A DNA stretch of 64,000 nt from a bacterium (GTDB lineage Bacteria > JAMCPX01): assembly GCA_037439545.1 (NCBI GenBank), contig JBBIVV010000003.1, forward strand, positions 1-64,000. The letters are read 5' to 3'. Of this stretch, positions 1 to 10,265 are shown piece after piece. Within the stretch, counting starts at the first letter, position 1. Each line of letters starts with the position of its first letter. The notes beneath the pieces were generated by a model that did not search any database, was not told the DNA's origin, and saw only the letters and a program-made list of their open reading frames with translations. The position numbers were made by a program, and so were the translations under genes.

Positions 1-275
1 ACCTCATGCGGGGCAGTTAACGGGGCTGTAAAGCCGGAATGCCTTTAGAGGGCTTTTTTATTTTGATTTAAGCGCTGTGTATCAAATTACAGGACAACGT
101 CGATCACCAAACGTATTGCATAAAATATTGATACCTGTCAGTATAATACCCGGGGGCAGGGTGATGACGAAGCGGACAATTTACGATTTAAAGAACACCA
201 GCCATCTTCCCATTCCTTTCTGAACAAATGATGAAGGTGAACAATGAATAATAAGCCGAACGGAACGCTCGCCAT

Positions 276-920
276 GTGCCAGCGGGCATTGCGATGACTG
301 GATCATTCACCAGTGAAACTTCCGCTCTGATTACAGTAAGGTACTTCAAAAAGTGTATCCTCCTTCTTGCAGGTGTTTTGCCTTTTTTGATGTGCCTGCA
401 TGCAGGTTACGCACATGCCGGAGACAAACAGATTGCAGACAATATCGATCTTTTAACGGACCGCGTATACTACAAATCTCTCATGGAGGATTTGGGGCAG
501 GCGAAACGAAGCATCATCATCATCATGTACCTCTTCAAAGCAACGGGTTATAAATCAGCTTTGCCGGACCATATCGTCGATATGATTTTGGAGAAGCATC
601 GACAGGGGGTGCCGGTAACGGTTCTTCTCAACATAGATCGGAGTAGGAAGTCGTATGGAGGAACGGATGACCTCGATAAAGCAAACATCTCCGTTGCCCG
701 GAGGCTCGAGGAACGGGGTGTAAAGGTTTATTTCGATTCTCCCCGCAGAATAACCCACGCAAAGGTTGTCATAATCGATAAGAGGATCGTATATATCGGC
801 AGTCACAATTTCACCCAGAGCGCATTGAAATATAATCATGAAGTAAGCGTAAGGGTCGTTTCCCCTGCATTTGCGGAAGAATTGGTCCGCTATATGGAGG
901 AATTGAGACAGGAAAGGTAG
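276..920 (+). CDS. Phospholipase D-family (single HKD, Nuc-like) secreted nuclease/phosphodiesterase
   Basis: HAKVVIID (HxKxxxxD) plus YIGSHNFT motif; hydrophobic signal-like stretch ending AHA; true start may be downstream of 276. Confidence 0.8.
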   Translation: MPAGIAMTGSFTSETSALITVRYFKKCILLLAGVLPFLMCLHAGYAHAGDKQIADNIDLLTDRVYYKSLMEDLGQAKRSIIIIMYLFKATGYKSALPDHIVDMILEKHRQGVPVTVLLNIDRSRKSYGGTDDLDKANISVARRLEERGVKVYFDSPRRITHAKVVIIDKRIVYIGSHNFTQSALKYNHEVSVRVVSPAFAEELVRYMEELRQER

Positions 921-941
921 ACAGGGCAAAAGCCCTTTGAG

Positions 942-970
942 TAGACTGTTTGATGGAAAGGTAGTATACT
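942..970 (+). promoter_or_regulatory. Putative sigma70 promoter of the TPR-LpoA-Hsp20-lon-thiL operon
   Basis: TAGACT-17 bp-TATACT upstream of ATG 998. Confidence 0.5.
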
Positions 971-997
971 ATTAAAAATATTTTAGAGGGTAGTTAA

Positions 998-1720
998 ATG
1001 AATGTAAACGGCAAGGAACATTATAAATTAGGGAAGGAGTTCTTTCTTAAGAATAAGTACGATATTGCCCTCCAGCACCTTTTAATATTCGAGGAACATA
1101 ATAAAAATTACGCCGATGTTTACAATATGCTCGGTGTCATGCTCCATTTGAACGGTAAAACGAAAGATGCCATAAAATCATTTGAAAAGGCAATGAAAAT
1201 AAATCCGGGATACATGGAAGCAGCTACAAATCTCGCAGTTACCTACAACGATATAGGACAATATGAAAAGGCAAAGAACGCCATAAATAAAGCAAGGGAA
1301 TCATCCCATTCAAGCAGTATAAAGGAGATGGAGAACAGGCTCGTTAAATCCAAGCTCGCAAACATGCATGCGGAGATCGGTGATCTGTATATCGACATCA
1401 GTGACGGTGATGCTGCGATAGAGGAATACCAGAAGGCATTAAAACTTCAGCCGACATTCGTGGATATAAAAACAAAACTTGCAATTGCTCTGAGGGAAAA
1501 AGGCATGATCGCACAGGCAATAAAAGAATTGGAAGAAGCGAAGTTTATTAACGCAGAATATCTGCCGTCAAGGGTCAATCTCGGTATACTGTATTACCTC
1601 ATGAACAGGTTTGATGATGCGGTCGTGGAATGGGAGAGTGTGCTGAAGCACGATCCCAATAACGGCATCGCCAAGATGTATCTTACCGCAGCAAAGAAAG
1701 AAAAACAGAAAAAATCCTAA
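998..1720 (+). CDS. Tetratricopeptide repeat protein
   Basis: Repeated TPR patterns (YNMLG...A...FEKA.KINP.Y; A.NLA..Y...GQY). Confidence 0.85.
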   Translation: MNVNGKEHYKLGKEFFLKNKYDIALQHLLIFEEHNKNYADVYNMLGVMLHLNGKTKDAIKSFEKAMKINPGYMEAATNLAVTYNDIGQYEKAKNAINKARESSHSSSIKEMENRLVKSKLANMHAEIGDLYIDISDGDAAIEEYQKALKLQPTFVDIKTKLAIALREKGMIAQAIKELEEAKFINAEYLPSRVNLGILYYLMNRFDDAVVEWESVLKHDPNNGIAKMYLTAAKKEKQKKS

Positions 1721-3651
1721 TGGAAAATAGAAAGATTGCACGTACCTTTGTTGTCCTTACCGAAGCCTTAAGCCTTTCATTTTTTATAGCCGGCTGCTTT
1801 CCGAAGATGGTTATTTATGACGGCAACCGTATGACCGCTGATCATGCAATCGACATCGTACAGCAGAAAGCAGAAAAACGGGCGGCGCTGAACGATTATA
1901 ATGATGCCATGAGACTCTATGCCTCCATACCGGACATCGACAGTGCAAATTCCCGTGCACCGTACGGCCTCTTAAAAGCAGGTGATCTTGCCCTGCAGGC
2001 ACGATCGTACAAGCAGGCCGGGTCCTACTATGGTGAGCTGATAAATAATTATCCTGGGAGCGATTATGCGGCGGATGCAAAGATCGGCAAAGGCATTTTA
2101 TCTTTAAGGGAAATGCGATATACTGACGCGATAAACGAACTGAATACCGCTGCAACCGAGGCGCAGGGCAATACAAAGGGCAGGGCTTATTTCCTGCTCG
2201 GAGAGACGTATTACCGGGCTGGCATGTATAAAGAGGCTTTCAATGCATTGTCACGCGCGTCGGGTGCATTTTCGACGGATCAGGAAATAACACTCGCTCA
2301 GTTGTTTTTAAAGAAAATAGCCGGGGAATCATTGAGTGATACCGATATTCAGGAGCTCCTGAAGAACCAATACCCGGCATACGAATCATCGTTGCTGCGT
2401 ATGAAACTTGCGCATGATATGTTCTCATCTAATAATTACAAGGACGCACTCACGCTTATCGATGCGGTCATACTGTCGGGTATTGCATCCCCTGATATCA
2501 TGAACGATGCACTGTCCCTGAAAAATGAGATTCTGGACATCACGCAGGTTGATATGAACAACATAGGATGTATCCTGCCGTTAAGCGGCGACTTCGGGTC
2601 ATACGGTGATCAGGTCCTGAAAGGCATTGAGCTTGCGCTCGGCGTTTTCAGTACGACGTCCTCGAGATACAGGCTTTTTGTCATGGATTCGAAAGGTATC
2701 CCAGAGCTTGCCGTAAAACAGGCGGAGAAGCTCATAAAAAAGGACCATGTTGCAGCAATCATCGGGCCATTGCTCAACGGTACGGCACAGGAAACAGCGT
2801 ATAAGATGCAGAATTACGGTGTTCCCATGATAAGCCTCAGCCAGAAATCCAGCATAACGAATGTCGGCGATTACATATTTCAGAACAGTCTTACACCGGA
2901 GGACCAGGCGCAAAATATCGTAAGCTATGCAATGACAACTCTGGGGATTAAACAGTTTGCCGTCCTGTATCCCGAGAATACATACGGTGAAGATATGATG
3001 CGTGCATTTGTAAAGCAGGTGATCGAACACGATGGCACTATAACCGGACTTGAAGGCTACACGGCGACTGAAACGGATTTCAAGGTGCAGATAAAAAAAC
3101 TCGCCGGCACCTATTATCTCGATCTCAGGAAACAGGATATCCAGAAGCTTCCTCCCGATCAAAAGACCAACCCTCCTCCCATAATCGATTTCTCTGCCGT
3201 CTTCATACCCGATTACTATGAGAAGGTCGCAATGATCGCACCGCAGCTCCTTTATTACGACATTACCAATGTCCAGTTGCTTGGAGGAAATGGCTGGAGC
3301 GGAGAAGGACTTCTCCAGATGGGCGGCAGGTATGTCGATGGTGCGATATTCACGGATGGGTTTTTTACGCAGAGTACGAACCAGGCCACAGAGCTTTTTG
3401 TAAGCGCCTACGGAGGAGAATTCAATAAAGATCCGAATATACTTTCTGCACTTGGATACGATGCAGCACGGACTGTCATGAAGGCTATGGATGGTGCTGT
3501 AAGCAGGCAGGATATTAAGAACAATTTGCTCGGAATAAAAGATTTTTCAGGCGTGACGGGAATGACCACGTACAACGGTAAAAGAGTATCCGTTAAAAAA
3601 CTGTACTTGTTAAAGGTGAATGGCAAACGCATAGTAGAAATACCACATTGA
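1720..3651 (+). CDS. LpoA/LppC-like lipoprotein: N-terminal TPR/BamD-like repeats plus type I periplasmic-binding domain
   Basis: Lipobox IAGC; TPR (YPGS.YA..A); IGCILPLSG...AIIGPL; LGYDA. Confidence 0.8.
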   Translation: MENRKIARTFVVLTEALSLSFFIAGCFPKMVIYDGNRMTADHAIDIVQQKAEKRAALNDYNDAMRLYASIPDIDSANSRAPYGLLKAGDLALQARSYKQAGSYYGELINNYPGSDYAADAKIGKGILSLREMRYTDAINELNTAATEAQGNTKGRAYFLLGETYYRAGMYKEAFNALSRASGAFSTDQEITLAQLFLKKIAGESLSDTDIQELLKNQYPAYESSLLRMKLAHDMFSSNNYKDALTLIDAVILSGIASPDIMNDALSLKNEILDITQVDMNNIGCILPLSGDFGSYGDQVLKGIELALGVFSTTSSRYRLFVMDSKGIPELAVKQAEKLIKKDHVAAIIGPLLNGTAQETAYKMQNYGVPMISLSQKSSITNVGDYIFQNSLTPEDQAQNIVSYAMTTLGIKQFAVLYPENTYGEDMMRAFVKQVIEHDGTITGLEGYTATETDFKVQIKKLAGTYYLDLRKQDIQKLPPDQKTNPPPIIDFSAVFIPDYYEKVAMIAPQLLYYDITNVQLLGGNGWSGEGLLQMGGRYVDGAIFTDGFFTQSTNQATELFVSAYGGEFNKDPNILSALGYDAARTVMKAMDGAVSRQDIKNNLLGIKDFSGVTGMTTYNGKRVSVKKLYLLKVNGKRIVEIPH

Positions 3652-3660
3652 GGTAATAAA

Positions 3661-4092
3661 ATGAAATTAAAAGATTTAATGAATGACATGCATGGTATGG
3701 ATTTTACGGACTTTACCATCAAAACTATAGAGAGCTGGCTTGAAGAAGATGTAAGCATACCTATTATAAAAAGCGACATATACGAAAAGGGCAATGAGCT
3801 GATCATAGAGTTGGATGTGCCGGCCATTGATATGGGCGATATTCAATGTTTTGTCCAGAGCAATGAGATCTGTATACAGGGAATTAAGGCTGAGAGCGTT
3901 GGTCCCGATGTTATGCGGTACAATCAGGTCGAAAGGTCATTCGGAAATTTCACGAAGACAATACCTCTGCCGATTACCTGCGATACGAAAAATGTAAGGG
4001 CCGTTTTGAAAAATGGAGTGTTAAAGATTATATTTAAAAAGATACAAGAACGGAGACATTCAAAGATGCATATAAAAATAGAGAGAGGATAG
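3661..4092 (+). CDS. Hsp20/alpha-crystallin small heat-shock protein
   Basis: ERSFGNF.K.I.LP and A.LKNGVLKI motifs; directly upstream of lon. Confidence 0.85.
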   Translation: MKLKDLMNDMHGMDFTDFTIKTIESWLEEDVSIPIIKSDIYEKGNELIIELDVPAIDMGDIQCFVQSNEICIQGIKAESVGPDVMRYNQVERSFGNFTKTIPLPITCDTKNVRAVLKNGVLKIIFKKIQERRHSKMHIKIERG

Positions 4093-4095
4093 AAC

Positions 4096-6555
4096 ATGGC
4101 TGAAGAAATAGAAATAAAACAGAGCAATGATCAATCACAGGAAAAACTGAAGATACCGTCAGAACTGCCGCTTGTTCCCATAAGGGACATAGTGCTTTTC
4201 CCGAATATGATTCTTCCGCTTTTCGTAGGACGGGAGGCATCAATTTCTGCGATAGATTACGCACTGACGAAAGAGAGACTTGTTGCATTCTCGACGCAAA
4301 AGGACATGAACGAAGAATCACCGGCAGCAGAAGGAATATTCCCGCTCGGAACAATCGGCTCCATTACAAGGATGCTGAAGCTGCCCGACGGCAGGGTTAA
4401 AATACTCATTCAGGGTTTGTCGAGGATGAATATAAAAGAATATAAACAAACACAGCCCTTTTTTTCCGTAGCTGTAGAAGTAATACAGGACATGCCCGTT
4501 GATGAAACCGTAGAGGTACAGGCCCTGGTAAGGACGGTCAAAGAACAGGTTGAGAAGGTCGTTTCAATGGGCAAGGCAATCCAGCCTGATGCACTCATAC
4601 TCATAGAGAATATGATGGACCCTGGCAAGATCGCGGATATTATCGTAACGAATTATGGCTTAAAAACAGCAGATCTCCAGATATTTCTTGAAACCATAGA
4701 CCCCGTCGAACGGCTGAAGAAGGTCATAGATATGCAGAATAAAGAGATAGAACTGTTGACTGTTCAGGCAAAGATCCAGTCTCAGGCACGGGAAGAGATG
4801 GGTAAGGTACAGAGAGAATATTTTCTGAGAGAGCAGTTGAAAGCCATTAAGACTGAGCTCGGAGAGATCGATGAAAAAGAAAGGGATGTCCAGGATTTCA
4901 AGAACAAGATAAAGAAGGCAAATATGCCGAAGGATGTCGAAGAAGAGGCGAACAGTCAGCTCAACAGGCTTGAAATGATGCACCCTGACTCGGCAGAGGC
5001 ATCTATTGTAAGGACCTACCTCGAATGGCTTGTAGACATCCCATGGAAAAAACAAACGAAAGAAAATATCGATATAAAACATGCAAGAAAAGTACTCGAT
5101 GAAGACCACTATGATCTTGAAAAGGTAAAAGACCGCATACTGGAATATCTGTCTGTAAGAAGGCTTAATGAGAAGATAAAAGGACCGATCTTATGCTTTG
5201 TGGGACCGCCGGGTGTAGGAAAAACATCCCTTGGCAGATCCATTGCAAGGGCGCTGAACAGAAAATTCGTGAGGATGTCACTGGGAGGAATAAGAGACGA
5301 GGCAGAAATACGGGGACACAGAAGGACATACATAGGTGCAATGCCGGGAAGAATAATTCAGGGAATAAAACAAGCGGGAATGAATAATCCCGTATTTATG
5401 CTCGATGAGATAGACAAGGTAGGCGCTGATTTTAGAGGAGATCCGTCGTCAGCCCTGCTTGAAGTTCTTGACCCTGAACAGAACTATACATTTTCGGACA
5501 ATTATTTGAATGTGCCCTACGACCTCAGTAATGTTCTTTTCATTACAACGGCCAATGTTATGGACCCTATCCCTCCTGCCCTGCGCGACAGGATGGAGGT
5601 TATAACCTTGTCGGGCTATACCGATGAAGAGAAGCTGCGTATTGCAAAGAAATTCATAGTGCCGAGGCAGGAAGAAGAGACAGGCGTCGGCAAAGATAAA
5701 GTCATGTTCGATGACGATGCCATACTATTCACCATCAACAACTACACGAGAGAAGCCGGCTTAAGGAACCTCGAAAGGGAGATCGCATCTGTGTTCAGAA
5801 AGATTGCCCAGAAGATTGCGGAGGGCGAAAAACCGCCGTTTAAAATCACGAAAGAGCTTGTGAGAAAGTTTCTCGGTGTGCCCAGGACCTCACCCGAAGA
5901 GCTTATGACCGCGGATGAAGTCGGCATAGCGACAGGGCTCGCATGGACGCCGTACGGCGGCGATGTCCTTTACATAGAAGTAACGACCATGAAGGGCAAA
6001 GGCAGGCTCACCCTGACAGGCCAGCTCGGGGATGTAATGAAAGAATCAGCGATGGCTGCGGTGAGCTATCTCAGGGCAAATGCAAGTAAGCTCAATATGG
6101 ATGCTTCGAAATTCGACACCCTTGATATTCATATTCATATACCTGCAGGTGCAATTCCGAAAGACGGGCCCTCTGCAGGCATTACCATGGCTGTAGCGAC
6201 CGCTTCAGCGTTGACCGGCAAAAAAGTGAGAAAGGATTTTGCAATGACCGGAGAGATCACGCTGAGAGGGAACGTATTGCCGATCGGGGGGCTCAAGGAA
6301 AAATCCCTTGCTGCACTCAGGGCAAAGATATACAAGGTCATTATACCGCAGGCCAATGAAGCCGATCTTGAGGAGATACCGGATTATATCAAGGAGAAGA
6401 TCAAATTTATACCGGTTACACACATCAGGGAAGTCCTGTCACAACTGCTTATGAACGACAAAGCAAACGGCAAGGATACAAAGGACAAACATAAAAACAG
6501 TGAAGGGCTGGGAAGAACTAAAGCTGATAAAAAGCATAAGAAGCAGAGCAGGTAA
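4096..6555 (+). CDS. lon: ATP-dependent protease La
   Basis: LON N-domain, [23 protein letters not shown], catalytic PKDGPSAG and MTGEITLRG. Confidence 0.98.
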   Translation: MAEEIEIKQSNDQSQEKLKIPSELPLVPIRDIVLFPNMILPLFVGREASISAIDYALTKERLVAFSTQKDMNEESPAAEGIFPLGTIGSITRMLKLPDGRVKILIQGLSRMNIKEYKQTQPFFSVAVEVIQDMPVDETVEVQALVRTVKEQVEKVVSMGKAIQPDALILIENMMDPGKIADIIVTNYGLKTADLQIFLETIDPVERLKKVIDMQNKEIELLTVQAKIQSQAREEMGKVQREYFLREQLKAIKTELGEIDEKERDVQDFKNKIKKANMPKDVEEEANSQLNRLEMMHPDSAEASIVRTYLEWLVDIPWKKQTKENIDIKHARKVLDEDHYDLEKVKDRILEYLSVRRLNEKIKGPILCFVGPPGVGKTSLGRSIARALNRKFVRMSLGGIRDEAEIRGHRRTYIGAMPGRIIQGIKQAGMNNPVFMLDEIDKVGADFRGDPSSALLEVLDPEQNYTFSDNYLNVPYDLSNVLFITTANVMDPIPPALRDRMEVITLSGYTDEEKLRIAKKFIVPRQEEETGVGKDKVMFDDDAILFTINNYTREAGLRNLEREIASVFRKIAQKIAEGEKPPFKITKELVRKFLGVPRTSPEELMTADEVGIATGLAWTPYGGDVLYIEVTTMKGKGRLTLTGQLGDVMKESAMAAVSYLRANASKLNMDASKFDTLDIHIHIPAGAIPKDGPSAGITMAVATASALTGKKVRKDFAMTGEITLRGNVLPIGGLKEKSLAALRAKIYKVIIPQANEADLEEIPDYIKEKIKFIPVTHIREVLSQLLMNDKANGKDTKDKHKNSEGLGRTKADKKHKKQSR

Positions 6556-7474
6556 ATACGGTCCTGGCGTTGTGCTCGGTATCGGTGACGATACTGCCGT
6601 AATAAAAACTCATATAAACAGCACGCTTCTTTATACGGTTGACAGTATTGTCGAGGGTGTCCATTTCCTCGGGGGATTAAACAAATGGGAATCTGCCGGC
6701 AAAAGGGCAATCGGCGCTGCGATCAGCGATATAGCAGCGATGGGAGGCGTACCTCTCTATACGATGCTGTCCCTGTTCTTACCCGAAAATTTTCCTGTAA
6801 AGCAGATCGATAGGTTTATGAAGGGCTTTCTGTCGCGTGTCCATGAGTACGGGATAAGCCTCGTAGGAGGGAACATAACGACAATGCGCGGCAGTTTCGC
6901 AGCGGATACAGTCGTTATAGGCAGTGCGTATAAGGGCAGGTTCGTAAAAAGGAGCGGTGCGGTGCAGGGTGATCGCATTTGCATCGCAGGTGTAACAGGG
7001 GAGGCAATGGCAGGACTTGATCTGCTGAGATTAAAAAAATACAAGACATACCCTGCACTTGCCAAGAAGTATCTCGAGCCTTATCCGATGTTGAAAGAGA
7101 GTATACTTATTTTAAAAAATATGTATCCTACTTCAATGACGGACATATCGGACGGTCTGATTCAGGACCTGTCTCATATACTCGATGAGAGTCATAAAGG
7201 GGCTGAAATAGATCTTGATAAAATGCCTGTCTCCGATGGTGTAAAGTATACGGGAAAACTTATGAACAAATCACCTTACGATTACGTTTTGACAGGTGGA
7301 GACGACTATGTTTTACTTTTTACCGTTCCGGAAAGCAAGTATCGCGATGCTATCGGTTCTCTGCAAATATACGGCATTGGCAGGATTGTAAACAAAGGCG
7401 GTATCCATTTTTTAAAAGACGGGAGGCACGTGAATTTAAAACTTAAAAAATCAGGATATGTCCACAAGGGATAG
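6500..7474 (+). CDS. thiL: Thiamine-monophosphate kinase
   Basis: GIGDDTA, EGVHF, SDIAAMGG, DISDGL, GGDDY; GTG start overlaps the lon 3' end. Confidence 0.93.
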   Translation: MKGWEELKLIKSIRSRAGKYGPGVVLGIGDDTAVIKTHINSTLLYTVDSIVEGVHFLGGLNKWESAGKRAIGAAISDIAAMGGVPLYTMLSLFLPENFPVKQIDRFMKGFLSRVHEYGISLVGGNITTMRGSFAADTVVIGSAYKGRFVKRSGAVQGDRICIAGVTGEAMAGLDLLRLKKYKTYPALAKKYLEPYPMLKESILILKNMYPTSMTDISDGLIQDLSHILDESHKGAEIDLDKMPVSDGVKYTGKLMNKSPYDYVLTGGDDYVLLFTVPESKYRDAIGSLQIYGIGRIVNKGGIHFLKDGRHVNLKLKKSGYVHKG

Positions 7475-7603
7475 GGGGTAGAATCAGATATCATGATGAA
7501 AAAGAAACGCTTAGAAGTCATTCATTGAAGTAAAAGAGAGTTGAAGGAATATTGACAATGGTTTTGGGGCGGGATTTATAGCATCGTCAATAAACAGGAT
7601 AAT

Positions 7604-9238
7604 ATGGTACAGAAAAATAAAAATATACAGGCGATAACCGATGAAATATCCTCGGAAGAGGCATTGAGAGAGCTGTCTTATATCTACAGAAAGCTTACCG
7701 GTGTAACCACCTACAAAGACGTCTTGAACATATTCTCAGAGTCATTGAAAAAGAGATTAAACCTGTTTGAACTAAGCATCCTGATGTTCACGGATGAGAA
7801 AAAGGATAAAATAGAGGTTATCGCAAGCAGTGAGATCAACGATGACAAAACGATCATCGTGGAGTTGATCAAGTATCCGGAGATACTTGCTGCAGTTCGG
7901 AAGAGAGAAGTCCTCATTATAGAAGATGTCGTAAATACTCCATTCTTAGACGACAAACAAAAAGAGCTCGTGCTTGCAAAGAACATACATTCCGTCTTTG
8001 TGCTCCCCATATTCGATGTCAGCGATATCATAGGCGTTATCTTTATAAGGGCGAGAGATGCAATCAAACTGTCGCCGTTCCTTCAGAGATATTATTTTAT
8101 TCAGGCAAATATGCTTGGCAGTGCCATACTGAACATCTCCAAGATGAAGATACTGGAAGAATCCATGAGAAAGGCATACGAACTCCTGGTCCTCAACGAG
8201 GAATATGAATTCTTGTTCGATAATGCACTGGAAGGCATGATTCTTATAGACCGGGCAGGCAAGATCAGACGTGCCAACAGAACCTTCCAGAGACTCACAG
8301 GGTACTCCAGGGAAGAGGTCATAGGGACCCATTATTCAAACGCAGTCGCTGATACTTCAAGCCTTCAGGAGGCAGATAAGATCTTCAACAGATATCTCAA
8401 GAAGGATTTTATCAATAAGTTCGAGCTGGACATTAAGATAAAGAGCGGCGCCATAAAAACATTCTCATTGAGGGCCGCACCTCTGCCGGGGAGGGAAGAT
8501 GTCTCGCTCATTTCGTTAAGAGACATTACAGAAGAGAAGCTGCTCAGCAAAGAGCTGTTGAAAACGACGGACCTGCTGTTGAAAACCATCAGCAGCTCAC
8601 CTGATGCCATTATAGCCGTTGCAATGGACGGCAAACTCCTGTTTTTCAATGAAGAAGCCGCCGGGCTTTTCGGCTATTCGAGGGAAGAGGCTGTGCAGCA
8701 CATTCAGGTTACCCAGCTTTATCCGGAGAACGTCGCAAAAGAGATCATGAAAATGCTCCGGCAAAGTCCTGCGAAACATATCAGAAACTATCCTGTTGAG
8801 GTACGTGCACATAATGGGATGCTTATACCCGCTACCCTTTCAGGAGCTATTGTGTACAATGAAAAAGGCGAAGAACAGATGACTATAGGATATTTGCGTG
8901 ATGAGAGAGAAAAGATCAGGATGGAAAAATCACTGGATGAGGCTTTGTCTAAATTGATAGATGCGGAGAAAAACGATGCAATGACAAGCCTTGCAGGTGC
9001 TGCTGCCCATAATCTGAATCAGCCGTTGGCTGCCATTCAGGGCTATTCGGAATTGCTTGTCCATAAACTCGATGACAAAGACCCTGTAACCGCGGATTAT
9101 GCAGCAAGGATTATAAGGGAAGTGGAGAAGATGTCGGAAATCATAAAACAGATCAGTAAGATAACCAGATTTGAGATAAAGCCGTATGCCGGTACCAGCA
9201 GGATAGTCGAGCTTATGGGGAAAAAGCCCAAAGAATAA
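7604..9238 (+). CDS. GAF-PAS-PAS-HisKA sensory protein lacking a catalytic HATPase domain
   Basis: Two PAS folds (GYSREE.IG; F.N..A..LFGYSREE); H-box AHNLNQPL; protein ends about 75 aa later with no N/G1/F/G2 boxes. Confidence 0.8.
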   Translation: MVQKNKNIQAITDEISSEEALRELSYIYRKLTGVTTYKDVLNIFSESLKKRLNLFELSILMFTDEKKDKIEVIASSEINDDKTIIVELIKYPEILAAVRKREVLIIEDVVNTPFLDDKQKELVLAKNIHSVFVLPIFDVSDIIGVIFIRARDAIKLSPFLQRYYFIQANMLGSAILNISKMKILEESMRKAYELLVLNEEYEFLFDNALEGMILIDRAGKIRRANRTFQRLTGYSREEVIGTHYSNAVADTSSLQEADKIFNRYLKKDFINKFELDIKIKSGAIKTFSLRAAPLPGREDVSLISLRDITEEKLLSKELLKTTDLLLKTISSSPDAIIAVAMDGKLLFFNEEAAGLFGYSREEAVQHIQVTQLYPENVAKEIMKMLRQSPAKHIRNYPVEVRAHNGMLIPATLSGAIVYNEKGEEQMTIGYLRDEREKIRMEKSLDEALSKLIDAEKNDAMTSLAGAAAHNLNQPLAAIQGYSELLVHKLDDKDPVTADYAARIIREVEKMSEIIKQISKITRFEIKPYAGTSRIVELMGKKPKE

Positions 9239-9315
9239 CCCACGTCCATCATTCTTCGGCTGAATCCTCAGAATAGCATTGTAATACAGTCTCAAGAGCA
9301 AGGAGGAACTTCGGA

Positions 9316-10257
9316 TTATATTAAAGATGAGAAGTAATCGACCGTTTTCTTTAACCCTTCCTTGAAATCAACGAATACACTGTAATTCAGATACTTTGAC
9401 GCATGCGTTATATCTGCCTGAGAGTGCTTTACATCTCCCTTTTTAGGCTGGAGATACTTTGGATTTGCCTTTTTATTCATTATTTCTTCAAGCTGTCTTA
9501 TCAGATCATTCAGGGTAAACCTTGCCCCGCAGGCTATATTAAACATCATACCGGCAGCTTCTTTACGGTAACATGCATTAATATTTGCCTGTATAACGTT
9601 CTCGATATAGGTGAAGTCTCTCGACTGTTCGCCGTCCCCGTTTACCAGAGGGCTCTCACCTTTAAGGATTGCGGTGATGAACTTCGGAATGACCGCGGAA
9701 TACGTTGAAGTGGGATCCTGCCGTGGTCCGAAAATATTGAAGTATCTTAAGCTTACCGTTTCCAGTCCGTATACGTTCGTGAAAACTTTGCAGTAATATT
9801 CTCCCGTGAGCTTACTCACTGCATAAGGTGACAGGGGAGATGGGATCATGTCTTCCTTTTTGGGCAGCACTGCTGTATCACCGTAAGCTGATGAGCTCGC
9901 TGCATAAATGACCCTTTTCACCTTATTTTCCAAAGATGCCTTTAATATATTGAGTGTCCCGTTAATATTAACATCGTTCGATGCCAGAGGGTCTTCTATT
10001 GACCGCGGTACGGACGGTATTGCTGCCTCGTGGAAAACAAAATCAATATCCTTGCACACACCCCTGACAGTCGTTATGTCCCTTATATCGCCTTCGATAA
10101 ATTCACAATTTTTCGATGCTGCGGCATTTTTAAGATTGTCTTTCTTCCCCGAGAAAAAGTTATCTATTATCCTTACAGAATGTCCTTTTTCAAGTAATCG
10201 ATCCGCTATGTTCGAACCTATGAACCCTGCTCCGCCGGTTATAAGAAATTTGTCCAT
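9316..10257 (-). CDS. NAD-dependent epimerase (WbpP-like UDP-GlcNAc 4-epimerase, extended SDR)
   Basis: TGGAGFIGS, SVPRSI.DP, YAVSK, YFNIFGPRQDP, QSRDFT. Confidence 0.9.
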   Translation of the reverse strand: MDKFLITGGAGFIGSNIADRLLEKGHSVRIIDNFFSGKKDNLKNAAASKNCEFIEGDIRDITTVRGVCKDIDFVFHEAAIPSVPRSIEDPLASNDVNINGTLNILKASLENKVKRVIYAASSSAYGDTAVLPKKEDMIPSPLSPYAVSKLTGEYYCKVFTNVYGLETVSLRYFNIFGPRQDPTSTYSAVIPKFITAILKGESPLVNGDGEQSRDFTYIENVIQANINACYRKEAAGMMFNIACGARFTLNDLIRQLEEIMNKKANPKYLQPKKGDVKHSQADITHASKYLNYSVFVDFKEGLKKTVDYFSSLI

Positions 10258-10265
10258 GGTTGTTC

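Noticed and set aside
1..65. GC-rich stretch plus T-run at the window start as possible ncRNA/tmRNA or riboswitch
   Set aside because: Truncated by the window edge; no diagnostic motif; at best a weak terminator
276..920. PLD nuclease as an anti-phage defence component
   Set aside because: Has a signal-like N-terminus and no helicase, methylase or other defence neighbours within the window
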